NCBI RefSeq assembly: GCF_965208475.1 | Contig: NZ_OZ242338.1 | Span: 449,452-513,451, forward strand | Length of the DNA: 64,000 bases | DNA from: Candidatus Poriferisocius sp. | GTDB taxonomy: Bacteria; Actinomycetota; Acidimicrobiia; Acidimicrobiales; Bin134 | Direction: 5' to 3' | Part shown: positions 58,506-64,000 of the stretch, piece after piece | Layout of the letters: every line of letters starts with the position of its first letter | Numbering within the stretch: the first letter of the stretch is position 1 | Program-made: the position numbers and the translations under genes | The notes under the pieces: model-generated | The model's input: only the letters and a program-made list of their open reading frames with translations | Databases searched by the model: none | What the model was told of the DNA's origin: nothing

Positions 58506-59517
58506 GCTTGGACGAATCGAGTGCGGCAGCACAGCAAGCCAGGACTCCCTCGCTGCGCTGCTGCTCTCCAGCAGACTGGCTTCAGAAGGCATCAAGCCGC
58601 TTACCTCCGCCGAGTACTGGCAGCACCCCGTACTGGCCGGCTCACCGAGCGCTCTCCTAGAAGCACCTCCAGAGACACTATGCAAGAAGCACGGAATTGC
58701 CAACGAAATGGCTTGCCGGATCACTGCCCTCTTTGATCGAGCTATCGCGCTGGCCTTTGAGGTCGACCGCTTGAAGCAGTCGGGCATCCAAACCCTCACT
58801 CCATATGATGAGGAGTACCCGTGCCAATTTCGGTACCGGCTAAGAGATAAGGCACCTGTGGTAATGCACGCCGTAGGTCGGCTTGAACTGCTGAACCGCC
58901 CGGGTCTGGGTGTGGTGGGAAGCAGGGATGTCAATGATGAAGGTGCCGAAGTGGCTAAAGGCGCTGCCCAACTGGCCTCCCGGCTGGGATATCCCGTGGT
59001 GTCAGGAGGTGCCCGCGGGGTTGATCGCCTTGCCATGAACGCGGCCCTTGGTGAGACAGGTACAGACGGCACTGTGGTCGGTTTTTTGGCCGATTCGATG
59101 GAACGACAGATCAAGCGCCCAGATACCCGGCGCGCCATACTCGGCGAGCATGTCCTGTTGTGCACCCCCTATGGACCAGATGCCCACTTCACCGCGGGCC
59201 GGGCCATGGGTAGGAACAAACTCATCTACGCCGGATCCCTGGTCACGCTGGTCGTGGCTAGCGACAAGAAGTCAGGCGGCACTTGGGTTGGAGCGGTCGA
59301 AGCGCTCAGGCATGGCTTTGGCCCGGTCGCCGTTTGGAGAGGTCTAGGTGAAGGGCCGGGTAATGCAGGCCTAGAGCAATTGGGGGCGAGGCCCATCGAC
59401 TCGCTAAGCGACCTCGAGACCTTGCTCATTGACGCTCAAAGCGATCCGAGCCTGACTGTGGATCAAGCCTCGATCCCAGAAGAGGCACAGCTCCCATTTC
59501 CCAGGAACTCGGCATAG
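58498..59517 (+). CDS. DprA/Smf-like (SLOG Rossmann) DNA-processing protein paralogue
   Basis: YDEEYPCQF...PVVMHAVG...GVVGSRDVNDEG...VVSGGARGVDRLAMNAAL...MGRNKLIYA...SGGT matches the DprA core motifs (YP..L, VGSR, SG.ARGID, RN..I, SG). GTG start overlaps the helicase 3' end by 8 nt. Confidence 0.8.
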   Translation: MTELGRIECGSTASQDSLAALLLSSRLASEGIKPLTSAEYWQHPVLAGSPSALLEAPPETLCKKHGIANEMACRITALFDRAIALAFEVDRLKQSGIQTLTPYDEEYPCQFRYRLRDKAPVVMHAVGRLELLNRPGLGVVGSRDVNDEGAEVAKGAAQLASRLGYPVVSGGARGVDRLAMNAALGETGTDGTVVGFLADSMERQIKRPDTRRAILGEHVLLCTPYGPDAHFTAGRAMGRNKLIYAGSLVTLVVASDKKSGGTWVGAVEALRHGFGPVAVWRGLGEGPGNAGLEQLGARPIDSLSDLETLLIDAQSDPSLTVDQASIPEEAQLPFPRNSA

Positions 59518-59543
59518 ACGCCTGAGACCGGGGTTTGAGATTG

Positions 59544-60641
59544 TCAGCTCAGATCGAAAACAGTCCTGATGCCGATGCTGGAGCGGAGGTCGTCTAGGCC
59601 GGCGTTTATCTCGTGGATGGGGCGGCGAGCGGTGATCATGGGCTCGAGGTCGAGGCGGCCGTTCTGCCACAGGGACAGCAGGCGGGGAACCTCGCGTTGG
59701 GAGTTGCAGCCGCCGAACATGCAGCCGAGCAGCTTCTTCTCGGTTATCAGATGCACGACTGCCGGGTTGATGGTCACGGAGTGCTCCAGGGCGGGAGCGC
59801 CCACCATCACCGTGGTGCCGCCATTGCGGGTGGCGGCCAGGCCGGCCTCCACCAGTGGGCCGGCCCCGGCGGCGTCGAAGGCGTAGTCCACTCCGATGCC
59901 GTTGGTGGCCTCCTGCACATGGGCCACCACGTCGGTGTCGGCCGGATCAACCAGATCGGTGGCCCCGAACGCCGCTGAGGCATTGCGGCGGTCGGCCACC
60001 GGGTCGGATGCGAAGATGCGGGACGCGCCGGCCAGCCGGGCGCCTTGCACCACCGACATGCCCACACCCCCCAGGCCCATCACCAACACGGTGGCGCCTT
60101 CCTCCACTTTGGCGGTATTGAGCACCGCGCCCACCCCGGTTTGAATTGCGCAGCCGATTACCGCGGCCACCTCCAGGGGCACATCCGGGTCGATCTTCAC
60201 CGCGGCGGAGGCAGCCACCATGGTCAGCTCGCCGAAACCGGCCACCCCCAGCCCTCGGTACACGGGCTGGCCGTCCACCGAGAACGGCACCGAGCCGTCG
60301 GGCATGGTGCCCATGAACATCGTCGCCGCCGACGCGCAGAGGGTTGTCTCACCCCGCACGCACCAGTAGCACACCCCGCACGGGCCGAACGGCGACAGCA
60401 TCACGTGGTCGCCCTCGGCCAGGGTGCCCACGCCTGGGCCCACTGCATCGACGATCCCGGCGGCCTCGTGGCCCAAGATGATCGGGGTGAGGCTCTCGGG
60501 GGCGTCGATCATGGTGAGGTCGGAGTGGCACAGACCGCAGTGGGTGACCCGCACCCGCACCTGCCCCGGTCCGGGATCAACGCATTGGACGTCGGCCATC
60601 ACCAATGGCGAGGCCGGCGATGCCAGCAGTGCTGCTCTCAT
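59544..60641 (-). CDS. Zn-dependent alcohol/formaldehyde-type dehydrogenase (class III-like MDR)
   Basis: GLCHSDL catalytic Zn site, C..C..C structural Zn region, GLGGVG NAD motif. Start at ATG 60641, preceded by AAGGAGAGG. Confidence 0.88.
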   Translation of the reverse strand: MRAALLASPASPLVMADVQCVDPGPGQVRVRVTHCGLCHSDLTMIDAPESLTPIILGHEAAGIVDAVGPGVGTLAEGDHVMLSPFGPCGVCYWCVRGETTLCASAATMFMGTMPDGSVPFSVDGQPVYRGLGVAGFGELTMVAASAAVKIDPDVPLEVAAVIGCAIQTGVGAVLNTAKVEEGATVLVMGLGGVGMSVVQGARLAGASRIFASDPVADRRNASAAFGATDLVDPADTDVVAHVQEATNGIGVDYAFDAAGAGPLVEAGLAATRNGGTTVMVGAPALEHSVTINPAVVHLITEKKLLGCMFGGCNSQREVPRLLSLWQNGRLDLEPMITARRPIHEINAGLDDLRSSIGIRTVFDLS

Positions 60642-60660
60642 GGAAACCTCTCCTTTGGAT

Positions 60661-61419
60661 TTACCTCTTGTCGGCTTTCCAGCCGGTGGTGGCACCCGAC
60701 ACCATCCCGTAGGGGCCAGACGGCCATCGGAAGCAGTCCACCATGAGCTGATCGACCTCAGCCTGGCTGGCCACCCCCTCGGCCACCACCGCGTTGGCCT
60801 CGCGGATCATGGCGCCGTACACCCGGTTGGTGACGTAGCCCCAGCTCATGGCGGAGTCTTTGATGACCACAGGGTTCTTGCCCGCGGCGGCGGCCAGCCG
60901 GCAGATGGTTTCGGTGGTCTCATCAGAGGTCTGCGGGGCCCGCACGATCTCGGCCAGCTTCATCACCGGCGGCGGCGATGCCCAGTGCCAGCCGATCACC
61001 CGGTCGGGCCGGTCGGTGGCCACTGCCAGGGCCTGCACCGGATACCCGCTGGAGTTAGACGCCAATATCGTGTGCTCGGGGCACTGCTGGTCGAGGTCCC
61101 GGAATAGCCGGATCTTGAGATCCAAGCGCTCGGGAACCGCCTCGATGATCACATCGACCGCCGCCGCGGCATCCCGGTCGGCGGTGAAATCGATGCGGGC
61201 CAGCGCGGCCTCGCCTTCGGCTTCGCTCAGTTTGCCCCGGGCCACCGCCCCCCCGATGCCGAACCGGCCCCCGGACACCAACTCGGGTGCCGCCGCCACT
61301 ACCTCGGGGTCGAGGTCGTAGGCCACCACCGGGTGCCCGGCGATGGCCATCACCTGGGCGATGCCCGAGCCCATCACCCCCGAGCCGAAAACCCCGATCT
61401 TCTCTGAACCGCCGGTCAT
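60661..61419 (-). CDS. 3-hydroxyacyl-CoA dehydrogenase family protein
   Basis: IGVFGSGVMGSGIAQV Rossmann start and ASNSS..., PPPVMKLAEIV. ATG 61419 overlaps the upstream stop (ATGA). The 524-aa track ORF is a frame artefact. Confidence 0.85.
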   Translation of the reverse strand: MTGGSEKIGVFGSGVMGSGIAQVMAIAGHPVVAYDLDPEVVAAAPELVSGGRFGIGGAVARGKLSEAEGEAALARIDFTADRDAAAAVDVIIEAVPERLDLKIRLFRDLDQQCPEHTILASNSSGYPVQALAVATDRPDRVIGWHWASPPPVMKLAEIVRAPQTSDETTETICRLAAAAGKNPVVIKDSAMSWGYVTNRVYGAMIREANAVVAEGVASQAEVDQLMVDCFRWPSGPYGMVSGATTGWKADKR

Positions 61420-62132
61420 GTCAGGTGGGTGCTGAACCACGCCGCCATGCGAGACCAGCCGTCGGCCGCGGCCTCGGCGTTGTACGACGGGCGCTCGTCG
61501 CACAAGAACCCGTGATCGGCCTCGCCATAGCGCACAATATCGGTGGGCTGGGCGTTGCCCTCCAGGTCGGCCCGAAGCTGCTCTACCCCCTCGACTGGGA
61601 TCATGCCGTCGAGATCGCCGAACAGGCCCAGCCACGGGCAATGGAGATCCCCGTGGCGGTCGGCCAGCTTGGGCTGGCCGGGGGTGAACCCGTCGGTGAC
61701 GATGGCCCCGCCGTAGTAGGTGACCGCCGCACCCACCGGGCGGCTGATGGCGGTCAGAAAGGTCACCCGGCCACCCATGCAGAAACCGGTGATCCCCACC
61801 TTGCCAGAGGGAATCCCCTGGCCGGCCAGATAGTCGAGGGTGGCGTCGACGTCCATTAGGGAGTGCTGGTCGAGGAGGTTGCCCATCATCTCGAAGATCT
61901 TGTCCATCTCGTCGTAGCCGGCCACGTTGGTCTCGTAGCGGTGATACAGGTCGGGGGCCACCGCCAGATATCCCTCGGCGGCCACCCGCCGGGTTACGTC
62001 TTCGATATGGCCGTTCAGCCCGAAGGCCTCCATGATGACGATCACCGCAGCCTGCGGTTGGCCATCGGGTCGGGCCACGTACAGCCTCATCGGGCCGTCG
62101 CCGGTAGTGAGTTCCACGTTCTCGGTTTGCAT
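61416..62132 (-). CDS. Dienelactone hydrolase family protein
   Basis: AVIVIMEAFGLNGHIEDVTRR..., nucleophile GFCMGG, and C-terminal ADHGF. Confidence 0.85.
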   Translation of the reverse strand: MQTENVELTTGDGPMRLYVARPDGQPQAAVIVIMEAFGLNGHIEDVTRRVAAEGYLAVAPDLYHRYETNVAGYDEMDKIFEMMGNLLDQHSLMDVDATLDYLAGQGIPSGKVGITGFCMGGRVTFLTAISRPVGAAVTYYGGAIVTDGFTPGQPKLADRHGDLHCPWLGLFGDLDGMIPVEGVEQLRADLEGNAQPTDIVRYGEADHGFLCDERPSYNAEAAADGWSRMAAWFSTHLT

Positions 62133-62167
62133 GGCTGCCGATGGTAGTTCTCGGTTCGACTGGTGGC

Positions 62168-62716
62168 CTATTGGCCGGGACGGGGAGCGTACAGCGGATC
62201 AGACCTGTCCCGGCTGCCCCGCAGGAATCGCTCATCGAACGGCCGGAACTGCTCCTCTCGCACCCATTCGGTGGTAGCCACTCGACGCGAGATGAGCCAC
62301 GGACCCCCGTTGCGCCGAGACACGTCGTCGATGAAGCGGAACCCCACTGACATGTTCAACTCCTGCGGCCCTCCCTCGGTCCAATGTCGGGCGATGCCGT
62401 GGGCTTCAGACCGGGCCCATTGCACCGCCTCCCCGCTTGCTTTCACCACCGGCTCCTGATCGATCTCGATTAGGACGTTCAATACCGTGTGGGTCGAGCC
62501 GGTATAGCGGCGCAGCAGTCGCTCGCTCCACACCAGGTATTCCTCCACTGTGCCCTCGAAGGTGCCGTGGGAATCGGTGGCGTCGGGGTGGTAGCAGGAT
62601 CGAACCAGATCCCTGTCGAGGCGGTCCACCCCCCGGCAGTACCGGTAGAGCAACTCGGTGATCTCCTGTTTGGCCAAGAGCTCGGCGATTTGGGCCTGCT
62701 TGTCCACGCCTGCCAT
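62168..62716 (-). CDS. SnoaL-like / NTF2-fold protein
   Basis: Start at ATG 62716. EITELLYRYCRGVDRLDRDLVRSCYHPDA is typical of SnoaL_4-type proteins. Confidence 0.72.
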   Translation of the reverse strand: MAGVDKQAQIAELLAKQEITELLYRYCRGVDRLDRDLVRSCYHPDATDSHGTFEGTVEEYLVWSERLLRRYTGSTHTVLNVLIEIDQEPVVKASGEAVQWARSEAHGIARHWTEGGPQELNMSVGFRFIDDVSRRNGGPWLISRRVATTEWVREEQFRPFDERFLRGSRDRSDPLYAPRPGQ

Positions 62717-62762
62717 TGTGCCCCGCGACCTAGTTCTCCGTCTGATTAGAATCCATGGCGAG

Positions 62763-63071
62763 TTGGCTGCGAACCCGAACCCCGAGCCCGAGGCCTCATG
62801 GCACACCGACCCATTCGGGCGGCATGAGGCCCGTTGGTGGAACGGCACAAAATGGACGGAGAAAGTCCGCGACGGAGATCTGACCGGGATAGACCCGCCG
62901 GGCATCGCGGTGGCCCCTCAGGGGATCCCCCTCAACGAGCCCGCCTCTCCCATCCCCGGTCGGCGGTCGATCCGCCTGTTCGGAAAGCACCTGCCCGGCG
63001 CAATGCTGTTGGCCTCGGTGGCCCTGGCCGCGGTAATCGTGCTGGTGGTCGTCGTGGCTGTGGCGATCTAG
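62763..63071 (+). CDS. DUF2510-domain membrane protein
   Basis: WHTDPFGRHEARWWNGTKWT (DUF2510 motif) plus a C-terminal TM helix. The start is tentative (in-frame TTG 62763). Confidence 0.55.
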   Translation: MAANPNPEPEASWHTDPFGRHEARWWNGTKWTEKVRDGDLTGIDPPGIAVAPQGIPLNEPASPIPGRRSIRLFGKHLPGAMLLASVALAAVIVLVVVVAVAI

Positions 63072-63129
63072 CCGTCTTCATGGCCCTCTGAATATCTCTG
63101 CCGATATCTCTTGCCATAGTGTCCTGCCC

Positions 63130-63873
63130 GTGGCCAAGCGAGAGATCATCCTGCACGAATACGTAGACATCACGGGCCAGGCGGCGTGGCCCTATATGGA
63201 GCACATCAAGATCCAGAACCGGGATGCCCGAGTGGGCTTCGAGTTGCTCGGCACCTGGTACACCATGGGGATCACCGCCCGCTGGCCTCAGGTGGTGAAT
63301 CTGTGGGACTCCGGGGGCTGGGACGGCTGGCTGGAGCGGGTGGACCGCCTCAACCTCAAGCGGAAGTCCAACAACCTGCTCGACGACTGGTGGGAGGAGG
63401 CCTACAAGCTCCGCACCGGCGGCTACGACCGGGTGCTGGGATCGGTGCCCGAGTCGCCCTCGGTGGCATCGGTGTTCGCCGGCGAAGTGCGGGGCACGCT
63501 CTACATTCACGAGTTGACCGAAGTGCGCCCAGGGTCGGCCCGAGACTATCTGGCCGCCATGGCCGCCGATTATCTGCCCGCCGCGGCCGACTACGGCTAC
63601 ACCTGCATGGGCTTGTGGGAAGTGCTGCACCACAACTACGAGGTTTGCACGGTGTGGGCTGCTTCTCCCGAGGCCTACATTCGGCTGAACAAGGCCGCGG
63701 ATGCCGCCAGCGGGTTCGACGAGGGCGCCGAAGGCGACGACCGGTTGGTGGCGTGGCGGGCCACAGCCCAGCAGTACACCACCCGCTTTCGGGAGGAGTT
63801 GATGACCCCGGCCCCCGGCACCCTCACCGGCCCCGCGGCCTACGAAGACGACACCTACATCGACCGGGCCTAG
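63130..63873 (+). CDS. Hypothetical protein (NIPSNAP/dimeric alpha-beta-barrel-like, tentative)
   Basis: 247-aa ORF with good codon usage and a two-part repeat-like layout. The family call is unverified. Confidence 0.55.
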   Translation: MAKREIILHEYVDITGQAAWPYMEHIKIQNRDARVGFELLGTWYTMGITARWPQVVNLWDSGGWDGWLERVDRLNLKRKSNNLLDDWWEEAYKLRTGGYDRVLGSVPESPSVASVFAGEVRGTLYIHELTEVRPGSARDYLAAMAADYLPAAADYGYTCMGLWEVLHHNYEVCTVWAASPEAYIRLNKAADAASGFDEGAEGDDRLVAWRATAQQYTTRFREELMTPAPGTLTGPAAYEDDTYIDRA

Positions 63874-63893
63874 CCGGGATAGGAGCAACAGCC

Positions 63894-64000
63894 ATGCGAG
63901 GCATCCTTTTCGACGGCGAGGCGGCGTTGGTGGCCGAAGGGCTCGGTGTCACCGATCTGGAGCCTGCCCAAGTGCGGGTGCGGATCGGCGCCGCCGGGGT
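63894..64000 (+). CDS. Zn-dependent dehydrogenase (MDR family), N-terminal fragment at window end
   Basis: ATG 63894 follows GGATAGGAG. MRGILFDGEAALVAEGLGVTDLEPAQVRVRIGAAG is a typical MDR N-terminus. Confidence 0.55.
   Translation, partial: MRGILFDGEAALVAEGLGVTDLEPAQVRVRIGAAG

Noticed and set aside
60661-62235. A single 524-aa ORF in the track.
   Set aside because: Only the C-terminal 252 aa (from ATG 61419) look like a real protein (3-hydroxyacyl-CoA dehydrogenase). The N-terminal half is an alternate frame of the dienelactone hydrolase gene (61416..62132), whose stop overlaps ATG 61419 in ATGA.

Overview
High-GC (about 70% or more) actinobacterial chromosome segment, probably Acidimicrobiia-like. 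All calls come from motif and family recognition in the supplied translations and from reading the DNA; no searches were run. Most of the window is densely packed core metabolism, often with 4-nt ATGA/GTGA stop-start overlaps. It contains: (1) the complete Pup-proteasome locus on the minus strand (arc/mpa-dop-pup-prcB-prcA-pafA plus the start of a pafB-like gene); (2) fdx, trmI, small membrane proteins, a Lon-N protein and a PBP4-like protein; (3) ADP-forming acyl-CoA synthetase subunits, a desaturase and a FIST protein; (4) tkt-tal-fbiC; (5) glcDEF, a ClC channel, a PRTase, RNase D, rhodanese, mobA, a flavin reductase and pyk; (6) glpQ, gltBD, an M18 aminopeptidase, trkA-trkH-trkH, 5-FCL and the membrane pyrophosphatase hppA; (7) several hydrolases and dehydrogenases. 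Two segments are compositionally foreign. The first, about 21.0-25.8 kb, holds a DUF222/HNH gene, a chimeric secreted beta-propeller/LRR protein with a 43% GC core, and decayed IS3 fragments. The second, about 56.2-59.5 kb, is a lower-GC islet that I consider the best candidate for an undescribed system. It encodes a RecQ-like helicase fused to a ComF/PRTase-like domain and overlapping a DprA/SLOG-like gene. This mirrors both the ComFA-ComFC-DprA competence triad and the DprA-PRTase anti-phage pair. Other notable signals are an orphan promoter-to-terminator unit of about 270 nt (candidate structured RNA) at 38.7-39.0 kb, and at least nine short tandem duplications that copy the coding terminus of a gene into the adjacent spacer. 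Several of these create micro-ORFs bridging neighbouring cistrons. No rRNA, tRNA or CRISPR array was seen. Many long ORFs in the six-frame track are alternate-frame or antisense artefacts of high GC and are not reported.
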